A stretch of 64,000 nucleotides of DNA from a virus (taxonomy: Duplodnaviria; Caudoviricetes): the IMG/VR virus record IMGVR_UViG_3300048672_000970, positions 136,364-200,363 of that record, one strand, 5' to 3'. This document shows positions 44,104-53,956 of the stretch, in pieces. The position numbers and the translations under genes are program-made. The number at the start of each line of letters is the position of its first letter. Positions within the stretch are counted from its first letter, which is position 1. Under the pieces are notes generated by a model that had not been told where the DNA came from, did not search any database, and worked only from the letters and a program-made list of their open reading frames with translations.

Positions 44104-46166
44104 TGTACAGCGCAGGCATCGGCATTTACGCCGCATTAAAAAAGTATAACGTTGTTTCGTTCAATGTTCAGTATTCGGTCAGCAACTTCAATCAACCATA
44201 TAGGAATATATTCACGGTTAAGTCTGGTAACATCGTTTTCGATGTCGATGCCAGACTGAGTTATAGAGGGTTGAATTTCCAAACTACCGACATGCCGTTT
44301 GTCAAAAACCGCACCTACATTCCGGCTGATGGACAGTATTACAAAAACTACTATTTCTATCGAGGGACAAATTCCACGTTTGAAAATGATGCTTCGGAAG
44401 GAGGCATTGCCGATTTCTATTCGACGTACAATTATGGTGCGATGAGATTTTCGGGCGCATCAATGGTCACGGCCAATAAGAAAACTCCGTTTCTGAATAG
44501 CATGCATTCTTCCACTGGCAAATACACCATTATCATGTGGGTTAGATTAGGCGATAGAACGGTATCTAACGGCGGTGTGTTGTTTGATAGCGGAACGAAC
44601 AACGGATTCAACGGCATTCAAATAGGCGAGATTGGTAATGCATCTGGCCTCAATTTGAATAACTTATCATTCACTATCAAAAACTCTGACACTATCTTTG
44701 ATTTGAGTTCCATTAGTAACGTCAACTTGGGTACACATCGGGTGCAAGGTATTGCGTTAAGTATCGATTGCACCGGTGCATCCAATTCATTTGTCAGAAC
44801 TTTTAGAGGTGGTAATGAATATCCAGTTTTCAATCTAGCTTCATATTTTGCTTCAGCTACTGGTTCTTATTCCGCATGCCCAAATTTCGCTCGGATTGGT
44901 GCTGATGCAAATGGAACTAGAATTGTTCCTGATGGCACGACTGTTTTCAGTGTGAGAACCTATAACACCAATTTGACGGCTTCAGAAGTCTATGATGAAT
45001 TTTTGCAGCAAGCACATCAGTTTGACCCGTTACTCATTTTAGATGCGTCCAATTCGCCAACCATCACTAACAATTTCATCACTGATAATTCAAACTATGC
45101 GGTGGAATCATTACTCCAAAATACTGCTCCTGAAACTGCCCCTGCTGAGTTATTTTGTGCAACATCAATTCCAGTGGGAAGTAGTGCGAAATCAATCAGG
45201 TTGCGTCTCGGCTTGATGGCTAATGAATTGATGTCGAATGACTACACGATGAAATTTGTGTTCAGTATGCCGTCTGCTTCATCAACCTCCGTTTTTTATG
45301 CGAGTGATGATGGCAGTATGGAAATTTATTATCGCACTTTTTCAAACGAGATAGTTATCAATCATTCAAACGGAACAGCAACATTTCCAGTGACGTTATC
45401 CGCCAATACGAAATACATGCTGACTATCACGTATCGGCATTCATATTTCTATGTTCATCTGAACGGTGTTGCCATCTCTGGCACAGTAGCTGTCAATAGA
45501 CCCGCACTCAGACTGGCTACGGCCGCATATGCATACATCGGTTCATCACCAAACCGAAACTCATCTTCACAAATCAATTTGAAGTATGTCGTCTTTTACC
45601 CATATGCCAAATTTGATTCATACGATTACAATGCGACGTTACATGAAGATGATAACGCCCCTTTCCAAATTTCTGCACCCGCTTATCCAGTTGGCATGAA
45701 ACGTTATCTGAAGTTATCCAATTTCATTTTCGCCACTGGAACTTCAATGCAATTGGTCGGCATCGAACTCATTAGCATCTATGGGTCAAATATGGAACAA
45801 GAAGCAGGATTGATGGCTACTGAACTGCCGGACAACTATGATTTCAATATCTTACAAGATTCCATGCCATTTTCAAAACTAGAAACTCTATATGGTGCTA
45901 CCACCTATTATGTCTCCAAGACAGTATCCACCAATACAGTCCTTGTATATGATTTTGGGTTATCTCGAACCACACTTGAACCTTTAGCCGGAATTCGCAT
46001 ATCTTGCAAGAACGACAACTATCCCACTTCGTACACTGTATGGCGAAGTGATGACGGAATTGTTTGGGATTCTCAAATTGTCGTAACTGGTCAAACCAAC
46101 CCCGGAAACCAATGGAACAACGTAGCCATCGGTTCATTAATGTCCGACCCATTACTCAGTGCTTGA
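44103..46166 (+). CDS. LamG/concanavalin A-like domain fibre or receptor-binding protein
   Basis: YTIIMWVR, SVRTYNTNLTASEV, second LamG-like unit (YMLTITY...VHLNGV); TAATG overlap gives start 44103. Confidence 0.75.
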   Translation: MYSAGIGIYAALKKYNVVSFNVQYSVSNFNQPYRNIFTVKSGNIVFDVDARLSYRGLNFQTTDMPFVKNRTYIPADGQYYKNYYFYRGTNSTFENDASEGGIADFYSTYNYGAMRFSGASMVTANKKTPFLNSMHSSTGKYTIIMWVRLGDRTVSNGGVLFDSGTNNGFNGIQIGEIGNASGLNLNNLSFTIKNSDTIFDLSSISNVNLGTHRVQGIALSIDCTGASNSFVRTFRGGNEYPVFNLASYFASATGSYSACPNFARIGADANGTRIVPDGTTVFSVRTYNTNLTASEVYDEFLQQAHQFDPLLILDASNSPTITNNFITDNSNYAVESLLQNTAPETAPAELFCATSIPVGSSAKSIRLRLGLMANELMSNDYTMKFVFSMPSASSTSVFYASDDGSMEIYYRTFSNEIVINHSNGTATFPVTLSANTKYMLTITYRHSYFYVHLNGVAISGTVAVNRPALRLATAAYAYIGSSPNRNSSSQINLKYVVFYPYAKFDSYDYNATLHEDDNAPFQISAPAYPVGMKRYLKLSNFIFATGTSMQLVGIELISIYGSNMEQEAGLMATELPDNYDFNILQDSMPFSKLETLYGATTYYVSKTVSTNTVLVYDFGLSRTTLEPLAGIRISCKNDNYPTSYTVWRSDDGIVWDSQIVVTGQTNPGNQWNNVAIGSLMSDPLLSA

Positions 46167-46199
46167 GTAGTGATTATACATCAACCTTCTCTGAACCCA

Positions 46200-47075
46200 C
46201 CAACCCAACCAGCCCCTTCCCTCACTTCTTTTGTGAAATACCCATAGGTGACAAATAAGGAATTGACTAGGAAGGGGCTTAAACGGACGTTAGAGCTGTT
46301 TTTGTTCATCAGGGCAACACGGGTAGCTAACTGAGCTAACACCTGTTCTAAAGCCCGTTAAACGCAACCGAACCAACCGACTGACCTGCTGGCTTTTCTA
46401 TCCATTCATAGAAACTGCTTTAGGTGACAAATAAGGAACTACCTCTAGAACGTGGTTAACGGGCTTTACAGCCATTTTTCTCTTTCAGGCTACCCTGGTA
46501 GCCATCCGTTATCCAATTCGTCTTAGAGCCTGTTTTTAGCCATTACCTAACCCAACCCTCAGCCCTTACAGGGCTTCAGCAGCCAAGCAGTTCTTTCGCA
46601 TCTTGAGCCTACCGGCCACAAGCTGACTCACGCCACTGCTTGACTGAGTTTTTCTGTGAGCTAACCAATCAAGCCACCCACTAAGCTCTTTCCGCTCAAT
46701 TCTTCAGTTCATTTGAGAAATACCTATAGGTGACAAATAAGAACATAGGTCTAAAACGCGTTTAACGGGCTTTAGAGCCGTTTTATCTCATCAGTCTACC
46801 TGGGTAGCCAACAGGTCTTCAAACGCGCTAACAGCCGTTAAATCAATCAAGAACTAATGAACAAGCAACCATTCAATGAACCTTTTTCTGAATGGAACCA
46901 ACCGACTGACCTACCGGCTTTTCTAACCAATTCAGTGAAACTGCTTTAGGTGACAAATAAGGGAATGCCTCTAAAACGCGTTTAACGGCCCGCTACAGCC
47001 GATTTCATCCAACAGGCTACCTATGCCTACCCTCCACCTACAAAACGCTCCTAGCGCGTTTTAGCTGGTTTGCTT
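46200..47075 (-). repeat. Non-coding repeat array B, inverted counterpart of array A
   Basis: Core taggtgacaaataag at 46245, 46421, 46727 and 46947; 46822-46847 is the exact reverse complement of 17436-17461. Confidence 0.9.
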
Positions 47076-47307
47076 CTACCTTCTATCCGTCCACCCATCA
47101 CCCTCCTTCTCACGAAACAAAGTTACAAAAAAGTTGGTGGAAGATGAAGCAAATGCTGAAACGATGATACAGTGGAGTCCTTCGCAACAGAACAAGGACA
47201 GGTATGACTGAATTTGTACACATCGCCCATAGCAACCCTTCAACTTTTTGTTTCACCACCATGCAAGAAATTGAGGATTTCATGATTACAATGATGGCTC
47301 TGCAGCA

Positions 47308-47544
47308 ATGGATCGCGCCAAAGCAATAAAAACAGTAACGCGCCAATTCGCCACCATCTCAGTCCAGTATCAAGAAGGAAAAACAAAACTGGAATCTGCT
47401 CACAATGAATACAATGCCATTCTGGCAATTTTGTTCAAAATGGAAGCAGCGAGATTGACCAGCGCCGGTGTGAAATTTACACCAACCTCTGTTACAATTA
47501 CACAAATGGTAAACAGACTTACAGAGCTGAAATGTACTAAATAA
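47308..47544 (+). CDS. Small hypothetical helical protein
   Basis: 78-aa ORF ending at the gp32 promoter; weak RBS. Confidence 0.5.
   Translation: MDRAKAIKTVTRQFATISVQYQEGKTKLESAHNEYNAILAILFKMEAARLTSAGVKFTPTSVTITQMVNRLTELKCTK
47538..47543 (+). promoter_or_regulatory. T4-type late promoter (TAAATA) upstream of the SSB gene
   Basis: About 100 nt upstream of ATG 47640. Confidence 0.55.
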
Positions 47545-47639
47545 TTTTGCCTAACGGCTCAATCTGGAGACGATTCCGCGCCAGTGAAAAGACGGGACAT
47601 TAAACTTTAACTGCCTACTAATTGAAAAAGGAAATTGAA

Positions 47640-48533
47640 ATGACTGCACAAAAACAAACCCTCGCCGAACTGACCGCCCGTTGGAAGCGCGAAACCGAAA
47701 AGCAAGAAACTGACTCAAATAACACGAATGCGCTCTGGAAGCGTAAGTTTGACTTCTGGAAGGCAGACTTTGACACCACGACCGTTTTCCGTTTCCTGCC
47801 AGACAAGAACACTGACAATCTCGACCAATTCTTTGTCCGCTCTTATTACCATGAACTCTGGGTTGGTGGTAAGAAGAAGGTTTTTGCTTGTAACAAGCAT
47901 ATGAACGGTGGAAAGGGTCATTGCCCGCTCTGCGAACTGTCAGCCAAGTATTATGACCAAAAGAATCCTGAGCATAATCCGGTTCTTGGCAAGAAGTATT
48001 ATCGCAAGCTTGATTACGTCTCGCAAGGTCTGATTCTTGAAACTCCACTTGAGCATGATGCCAATCTGCTTGTCAAGTACATCACTTATTCGCAAGCGAT
48101 GCATGCTCGCATTCTTGCCAATCTTGGCACGGGTGATCTGGATGACATTCCGTGGAACATGAAGGATGGATACAACTACCGTATCACGAAGACTGTCAAG
48201 AAGACTGATAAGGGTGATGTTGGTGATTATTCAACGTCATCTTTCCGTCCGAAGATGCATTCTCTTGACGATGAACTAATTGAACAAGTGACGACCGAGC
48301 TGCGCGACCTGCGTGACTATCTGCCGCAAACTCTGTCTAATGAAGAAATTGAAGGGCTGCTGCTGGCTTCGATGAACAATGATTCGATGCCAAGTTCAAA
48401 GGCGCCGACTGAACATACTGGTGACGAAAGTCATGAACCTGTTCCTCAAGCTCCTGCTCAACCGGCTTCATCCAGTGCAGATCGCTTCGCCAATCTGCGC
48501 AATCGTCTAAACGGCGCTCGGGCTACCGAGTAA
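47640..48533 (+). CDS. 32: Single-stranded DNA-binding protein, T4 gp32-like
   Basis: TVFRFLPD, zinc ligands C-x2-H...CPLC, GYNYRITK, low-complexity C-tail; AAGGA RBS before ATG 47640. Confidence 0.9.
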   Translation: MTAQKQTLAELTARWKRETEKQETDSNNTNALWKRKFDFWKADFDTTTVFRFLPDKNTDNLDQFFVRSYYHELWVGGKKKVFACNKHMNGGKGHCPLCELSAKYYDQKNPEHNPVLGKKYYRKLDYVSQGLILETPLEHDANLLVKYITYSQAMHARILANLGTGDLDDIPWNMKDGYNYRITKTVKKTDKGDVGDYSTSSFRPKMHSLDDELIEQVTTELRDLRDYLPQTLSNEEIEGLLLASMNNDSMPSSKAPTEHTGDESHEPVPQAPAQPASSSADRFANLRNRLNGARATE

Positions 48534-48538
48534 TTAAC

Positions 48539-48566
48539 AAAACGGGGAATTAACTTCCCCGTTTTT
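48539..48566 (+). terminator. Intrinsic terminator
   Basis: aaaacggggaa-ttaac-ttccccgttttt. Confidence 0.85.
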
Positions 48567-48585
48567 ATTCCAACGGAACAAAAAT

Positions 48586-49641
48586 ATGGCATTAGGATTT
48601 CTTAAAGATTTTCGTAAGAACGTGGAAAAGCTTTCTAAAAGCATTTCACTTGGTCTTCGCCCACCGCGCGGTTGGTGGTCTACTGGTAATTACGCGCTGA
48701 ACAAAGCGTTTTCAGGGAGTTTTACTCGCGCAATTCCAATCGGTCGAATGGTGCTGCTTGCAGGCCCATCTGCATCCGGTAAATCATTTATGGCAAATAG
48801 CATTGCTAAACATGCACAGGTGGCCGGCGCTCACGTTCTTTACATGGATTCTGAAAATGCAGTTGATACTGACTACATGACAAAAATCGGTATGAAGGTA
48901 GATGAAGAAAATCTGACTTATGTGCAAGTTGATACGGTAGAAGACGTTAACCGAGTTATCTCAGAATTCTTCGATGGATACATCAAAACTTATGGTGTTG
49001 ATAACGACAATCAGCCACCCGTCCTAGTAATCCTTGATTCAATCGCAATGCTTTCGACAGAAACTGAGCAAGAAAATTTCGACAAGAAGGGTGAAATCAA
49101 GGCTGACCAAGGTATTCGGGCGAAGCGCATTAAAGCAATGCTGCGTATGATGGTTAAGAAGCTGGCTCGTGTCAATGGTGCTGGCATCGCCACCGACCAC
49201 GTTTATCCGCAAGATGTCATGGCGGGTGATGGAGCATGGGCTATCACTAATTCGATTAAGTTTGCGATGAGTATCATTGGTATTGTGACCAAACTGAATC
49301 TCAAGGAAGATACGGATATTGTGGGTGTTAGAATGCGTTTCATGACTTACAAGTCACGATTCGCAAAAAATGGTACTAAAGTTGAACTTGAAGTGCCTTA
49401 TGACCGTGGCATGTCACCTTTCACTGGATTGGAAGAAATGTTAACAGACATGGGCGTTATTGTCAAGGAAGGCCATAGTTATGTCAGCAACCTGCCCACT
49501 GGACAAATCAAATTCAAGTGGAAGGATATTGACCAGACTATTTTTGATAAGCTGCTCACCCATCCACTAATTCAGAAATCCGAATCTGACGGGACGGAAA
49601 CGTTTGACGAGTCGGACAAGGATGATGAATCAGAAGAATAA
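48586..49641 (+). CDS. uvsX: RecA-like recombinase UvsX
   Basis: STGNYALN, Walker A GPSASGKS, YMDSENA, ILDSIAML. Confidence 0.95.
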   Translation: MALGFLKDFRKNVEKLSKSISLGLRPPRGWWSTGNYALNKAFSGSFTRAIPIGRMVLLAGPSASGKSFMANSIAKHAQVAGAHVLYMDSENAVDTDYMTKIGMKVDEENLTYVQVDTVEDVNRVISEFFDGYIKTYGVDNDNQPPVLVILDSIAMLSTETEQENFDKKGEIKADQGIRAKRIKAMLRMMVKKLARVNGAGIATDHVYPQDVMAGDGAWAITNSIKFAMSIIGIVTKLNLKEDTDIVGVRMRFMTYKSRFAKNGTKVELEVPYDRGMSPFTGLEEMLTDMGVIVKEGHSYVSNLPTGQIKFKWKDIDQTIFDKLLTHPLIQKSESDGTETFDESDKDDESEE

Positions 49642-49644
49642 TTG

Positions 49645-49664
49645 AAAGGGCTTCGGCCCTTTTC
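49645..49664 (+). terminator. Intrinsic terminator (cUUCGg loop)
   Basis: aaaggg-cttcgg-cccttttc. Confidence 0.8.
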
Positions 49665-49677
49665 TTAAGGAGATTAT

Positions 49678-50046
49678 ATGAACTGTTCTAATTGCCTAAA
49701 CGAAGATTGCACTAAAGAAACATGCATGAATACGGTGTGTAATAATTGCGCCAATTGTGAGAATGGAAGCATTCAACCATCCATTATCGAGCCGTTGATG
49801 GCTTCATCAACCGTCGCGTCTTTCAGGCTACCAAAGTATGAGCACATCACTCTTGATTTGGAGAAAATCAAAACCGTCGCCGATTGTGTTAAGTTGTTCA
49901 AGCTGTTTGTCGGCACTGCTGGAATGCAGTCTCGGTACGTGAATTGCTCCGTGCTGGAATCATCTGTCCCCGAATACGTCGATTTGATGAAGGATGAAGA
50001 AGTTGATTCAAGTAAAATTAGTGTGGTGGATAATCCATTCAACTGA
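49678..50046 (+). CDS. Hypothetical protein with a Cys-rich N-terminus
   Basis: CSNC..EDC....C....CNNCANC; AAGGAG RBS. Confidence 0.7.
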   Translation: MNCSNCLNEDCTKETCMNTVCNNCANCENGSIQPSIIEPLMASSTVASFRLPKYEHITLDLEKIKTVADCVKLFKLFVGTAGMQSRYVNCSVLESSVPEYVDLMKDEEVDSSKISVVDNPFN

Positions 50047-50625
50047 ATGAGATTTCGCCTAGATTGGCCGGAAAAGTCGGTTACACCCTATGATGTGTTT
50101 TCTATCAGATGGTGTGACCGATTTTACAGATGGTGCCCTAATTTTCTAACATTCTGTTTTCGCTGGTATAACCAATGGACAAAATCTAAACAAGAAATTT
50201 CCATTTCAGTTGAAGACAAAGATTGGCAGAATGCTAATGCATGTCTAGCACCTATTGCCATCACGTTACTTACTGAACTGAAATTGAATCATAGACATGT
50301 GCCATTTTCCTTTTCAGCAAAGTATGGAAAACAAGCTGATGTCGAATATCGGCACATGCTTGATAAAATCATTTTTTCAATGCAGATGACCACTAAAGAT
50401 TATCGGGCTGAATGTAAGTTAAGATATTTTGAGCCGGTATTGAAAGGTGATGATGAAACGGGTGTATGGACTGAATACGTTCCTAAAAACGGTTTGACAA
50501 CTGCGCAAGCACATCAAATGGAAAATGCTGCTGTAACGGACGTTACCCATCGAATTAACGAAGGGTTAGAACTGTTCGCAAAGCACTTTAACGAACTAGC
50601 AGATGGGGATTTTGACCATGATTAA
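50047..50625 (+). CDS. Hypothetical protein; paralog of 6451..6957
   Basis: ISISVEDKD..NANACLAPIA..LL.ELK, MLDKIIFS, EGLELFAKHFNEL. Confidence 0.75.
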   Translation: MRFRLDWPEKSVTPYDVFSIRWCDRFYRWCPNFLTFCFRWYNQWTKSKQEISISVEDKDWQNANACLAPIAITLLTELKLNHRHVPFSFSAKYGKQADVEYRHMLDKIIFSMQMTTKDYRAECKLRYFEPVLKGDDETGVWTEYVPKNGLTTAQAHQMENAAVTDVTHRINEGLELFAKHFNELADGDFDHD

Positions 50626-50902
50626 TGCGGATGATTATACTTTCAGTGAGTTTTGGGAAAGTCAGTTCAAGCAGTATTCGCTGAATGAATCTGATTATTC
50701 TGACTATGTTTCGTTCCGATGTGCGTTCGATTCGGTCATGCTGGCGTATGATAGATATATTGACGCTTATTTTGACAAGCCATTTTCCACGTGGCTCAGG
50801 AAAAATTTTGCCGATGCGAATTATGGCGTATCGGTTGAGTTGTATGACGAGCTATCTAAGCAAATGATTGAGGAAGCATGGGAACGAAAGTTCGATGACT
50901 AA
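50618..50902 (+). CDS. Hypothetical acidic protein
   Basis: Overlapping start; ends at a terminator. Confidence 0.7.
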   Translation: MINADDYTFSEFWESQFKQYSLNESDYSDYVSFRCAFDSVMLAYDRYIDAYFDKPFSTWLRKNFADANYGVSVELYDELSKQMIEEAWERKFDD

Positions 50903-50928
50903 AAAAGCCGGGCCAAGCCCGGCTTTTT
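50901..50928 (+). terminator. Intrinsic terminator
   Basis: aaaaaagccggg-ccaag-cccggcttttt. Confidence 0.9.
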
Positions 50929-50939
50929 CACAAGGCCAA

Positions 50940-50948
50940 TGGTAAAAT
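50940..50948 (+). promoter_or_regulatory. sigma70 extended -10 promoter (TGgTAAAAT)
   Basis: Between the terminator and the uvsY RBS. Confidence 0.5.
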
Positions 50949-50972
50949 GTAACATTCTAAGGAGAGAATTTT

Positions 50973-51440
50973 ATGGACATCTTTGACTTGAAAGATACGA
51001 CTGATGAGTTGTTCGACCAACTACCAGACTACTTTATCAAGTGGTCGAAAGCAATTGCTGAAGCAGAACCCATATTCAAAATGGAGGGTAAAACTCTGTT
51101 AGCGGTATTGCGCGAAGTATCATACCATCAATATCAGTACGGGCTGAAATGCTCGGATGCGGATATGGTGGCCGACTGGCTGACGGTGCTTAAACAAAAA
51201 TCGGAAGCCAGATATCTGAAAAACTATCAGCAGCATAATCCACGGGCATTATCTATCTCTGAATCAAGAGCTTTACTGGCCGGCGAGAAAGAAGTTGTCG
51301 AACTTAGCCAACTCATCGTACAAGTGCAAAAATATAAACGGGAACTGAAAGAGATTCGTGACGCCATTCTGCAAATGAATTATGTCCTCACTAATCTGAC
51401 GCGACTGAAAGTTGCAGAAATGGAAGACTACATTCTATGA
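50973..51440 (+). CDS. uvsY: Recombination mediator UvsY-like
   Basis: Helical 155-aa protein (YLKNYQ..NPRALS..E...GEKEV) directly upstream of uvsW. Confidence 0.75.
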   Translation: MDIFDLKDTTDELFDQLPDYFIKWSKAIAEAEPIFKMEGKTLLAVLREVSYHQYQYGLKCSDADMVADWLTVLKQKSEARYLKNYQQHNPRALSISESRALLAGEKEVVELSQLIVQVQKYKRELKEIRDAILQMNYVLTNLTRLKVAEMEDYIL

Positions 51441-52849
51441 AGTGCAAAATTTATATCAGCGATGAAGTATTCATGCGTTTTGAAGGGCTGTCCGATGCTC
51501 ACCACCGAGTTTTGTATGATAAGTTAGGATTGCCAGTAGACGGCGCATTTTTTACCAAACAGTATAAGCTAGGTATCTGGGATGGTAAGCAACGGTTTTT
51601 TGACAAACAAGGAAGAATGCCCATCCGGTTATTTTCATTGGTTGAACAGCAGTTAGCTGCATGGCCGTATAAATATGAATTTGTCGATACCAGGCCGCCT
51701 CTTAACGTCATTTCGGAACGTGTCTCTGAAAATTATTTCGCCCACACTGCACCTCATATGCAGCTACGTCCGTATCAAATTAACATCGTTAACTCCTGTT
51801 TGGAACATGGCTCAGGATTGATTGATGCGTGTACAGGGGCTGGAAAGACATTAATTTGTGCCGCCCTTTCGTCAGTATTGGCGGCCAATCATCAGCGGGT
51901 GTTACTGATTGTACCGTCAGATGATTTAGTTCAGCAAACAGCGGAAACGTTTACTGAAGTGGGTCTAGAGCATGGCATCTATTCAGGGTCGCATAAAAAC
52001 CTTCGGCCGATGATTGTCATTGCGACGTGGCAAGCGTTGCAATATAATCCAGTTATCATTGAACAATTTCAAGCGGTCATTAATGACGAAACGCACGGTT
52101 TGAAAGAAAATGTGCTAGGGAACATGATGAAGACGCATGGCGTCAAGATTCCTTATCGATTCGGATTCACCGGTTCAATTCCTAAAAACGAAGTTAACAA
52201 ATTACACCTGCAAAGTGTGTTCGGAGACATACTGCATTCTGTCACTACTGACGAGCTAATTAAAGCTGGCTATCTATCTAAACTTGAAATCGAACCTATT
52301 GAAATTCAAGAAGACGTTAATGAAAACTTTCCGGATTACACGTCCGAGAAAGCCTTTCTTGGTAAGAGTAGTAAGAGAATTAGTTTCATAGCTGACTTGA
52401 TTATTAATAGGCAGCAAATGTACGGAAACACGCTCGTCCTCGTCAACTCGAAAGACATGGGGAAAAAGTTACAAAAACTTATCAAGGGAAGCGTCTTCCT
52501 TCATGGTGAAAACAACACTGATGAGCGCAAGGAGTGGTATGATCAGTTTGCTAACCGAGATGATTTGATTGTCATCGCCACTTACGGTATCGCCTCGACC
52601 GGCATTTCAATCAATCGGATTTTTAATTTAGTATGTGTTGACATCGGGAAAAGTTTCACGCGTGTCATCCAGAGCATCGGTCGATCATTAAGAAAAGCGC
52701 CAGACAAAGAGTATGCCCATGTTGTTGACTTGCATTCGAGTTTGACATGGGGCAAAAAACATTATAAGCTACGAGTGAAGTATTACAAAGACGCGAGGTA
52801 TCCGCTGCTCAAACTTGTTAAACCCAACCTTAAGGAATATGAACTATGA
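51437..52849 (+). CDS. uvsW: SF2 DNA helicase UvsW
   Basis: WDGK, LRPYQ, CTGAGKT, DETH, GFTGS, QSIGRSLR. Confidence 0.93.
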   Translation: MKCKIYISDEVFMRFEGLSDAHHRVLYDKLGLPVDGAFFTKQYKLGIWDGKQRFFDKQGRMPIRLFSLVEQQLAAWPYKYEFVDTRPPLNVISERVSENYFAHTAPHMQLRPYQINIVNSCLEHGSGLIDACTGAGKTLICAALSSVLAANHQRVLLIVPSDDLVQQTAETFTEVGLEHGIYSGSHKNLRPMIVIATWQALQYNPVIIEQFQAVINDETHGLKENVLGNMMKTHGVKIPYRFGFTGSIPKNEVNKLHLQSVFGDILHSVTTDELIKAGYLSKLEIEPIEIQEDVNENFPDYTSEKAFLGKSSKRISFIADLIINRQQMYGNTLVLVNSKDMGKKLQKLIKGSVFLHGENNTDERKEWYDQFANRDDLIVIATYGIASTGISINRIFNLVCVDIGKSFTRVIQSIGRSLRKAPDKEYAHVVDLHSSLTWGKKHYKLRVKYYKDARYPLLKLVKPNLKEYEL

Positions 52850-53331
52850 ACATTTTGAGTGATAACGAAATCGTCAATGTGACAGATTTTTCATCCCAAT
52901 TTCCCGCCGCCCATTACTGGACTTTCAACGGAATCGAAGTTGATTTCATGTACGGTAAAATCACCCATGTGGAAGAATATACCGGAGCATCAGTAACTAT
53001 CAAGTGCGATAACCATCCTGAACCCATTATCATTCCTGCCAATTGGTTTATTCTCGCCCTCGACCGAGAATCATATCGAATTGACATGGTGCCGATTCTT
53101 GCTTGTTCAACCTATGAACATGATGCGTATGTTTTTTGTTCTACTCACCAACGAGTAGAAACCGTCAAAATTCGTATCCTTGAATTTAATAATGACAGTG
53201 TGGTGTATGCGCCGAACATCCCGAAGGCGAGTGCTATCGTTTGCCCGTTCAGCGATACGAAGGGAATTATCGTCGGGCCAGTTGACCTGCACCGATATCT
53301 GAAAGAAAAAGTGGTCGGTGACCTAGTGTGA
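52846..53331 (+). CDS. Hypothetical protein
   Basis: ATGA overlap with uvsW; AAGGA RBS. Confidence 0.75.
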   Translation: MNILSDNEIVNVTDFSSQFPAAHYWTFNGIEVDFMYGKITHVEEYTGASVTIKCDNHPEPIIIPANWFILALDRESYRIDMVPILACSTYEHDAYVFCSTHQRVETVKIRILEFNNDSVVYAPNIPKASAIVCPFSDTKGIIVGPVDLHRYLKEKVVGDLV

Positions 53332-53359
53332 AAAAGGGGGGGCGTATGACCCCCTTTTT
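53331..53359 (+). terminator. Intrinsic terminator
   Basis: aaaaagggg...ccccttttt. Confidence 0.8.
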
Positions 53360-53361
53360 CT

Positions 53362-53367
53362 TAAATA
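53362..53367 (+). promoter_or_regulatory. T4-type late promoter (TAAATA)
   Basis: Directly after a terminator, upstream of the endolysin. Confidence 0.7.
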
Positions 53368-53388
53368 CTGCTAAACTAAAATGAAAAC

Positions 53389-53946
53389 ATGACTGAAGCA
53401 GTATTTGACAAAGCATATGGATTCACCTTAGGGGCGGAAGGCGGGTATAGTAACGTCGCTGGGGATAAGGGTGGAGAGACAATTTATGGCATTGCACGAA
53501 ATGCCAATCCTGAATGGGCCGGATGGACGTTAGTCGATTCGTACAAGCATGAAAATGGAATGGATGTTAAAGGGTTAGTTACTGACCAAATATTGAAATC
53601 GGCCGCGAAAGTATTTTACAAACAGAAGTATTGGGCAGCAGTCAATGGTGATGCATATCAGGCAGATGTCGCCTGCGTGCTTTTTGATTGTGCAGTCAAT
53701 CATGGCGTTACCAGAGCGAATAAGATTCTTCAAGAAGCGGCGGGTGTAACAGTGGATGGGGTAATTGGCCCTATCACCATGTCTCAAGTGAATTTGTATA
53801 ACGGAAAAGCATTAGCTGGATTGATGTTGAACGTCAGAACCCGACTTTACAAAAACATCGTTGTGGCAAATCCTACTCAGACTAAGTTTCTCAAAGGATG
53901 GCTGAATAGAGTGGCAAATCTGAAGCGATTTTTGAACATCGCTTAA
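53389..53946 (+). CDS. Endolysin, glycoside hydrolase family 108 with a peptidoglycan-binding C-terminus
   Basis: EGGYSNVAGDKGGETIYGI, FDCAVNHG, DGVIGPIT, FLKGWLNRV. Confidence 0.92.
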   Translation: MTEAVFDKAYGFTLGAEGGYSNVAGDKGGETIYGIARNANPEWAGWTLVDSYKHENGMDVKGLVTDQILKSAAKVFYKQKYWAAVNGDAYQADVACVLFDCAVNHGVTRANKILQEAAGVTVDGVIGPITMSQVNLYNGKALAGLMLNVRTRLYKNIVVANPTQTKFLKGWLNRVANLKRFLNIA

Positions 53947-53956
53947 TTAGATTGTG

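Noticed and set aside
46945-46962. Repeat core tttaggtgacaaataag resembles the SP6 promoter ATTTAGGTGACACTATAG (11 nt shared)
   Set aside because: The initiation region differs, no single-subunit RNA polymerase is in the window, and late genes use TAAATA. Treated as coincidence unless such a polymerase is found elsewhere in the genome.
47551-48048. 165-aa antisense ORF over the gp32 gene, and similar shadow ORFs (5693..6235, 56806..57228, 57991..58365)
   Set aside because: They overlap well-supported genes on the other strand, lack RBS or motifs, and are expected from codon bias.
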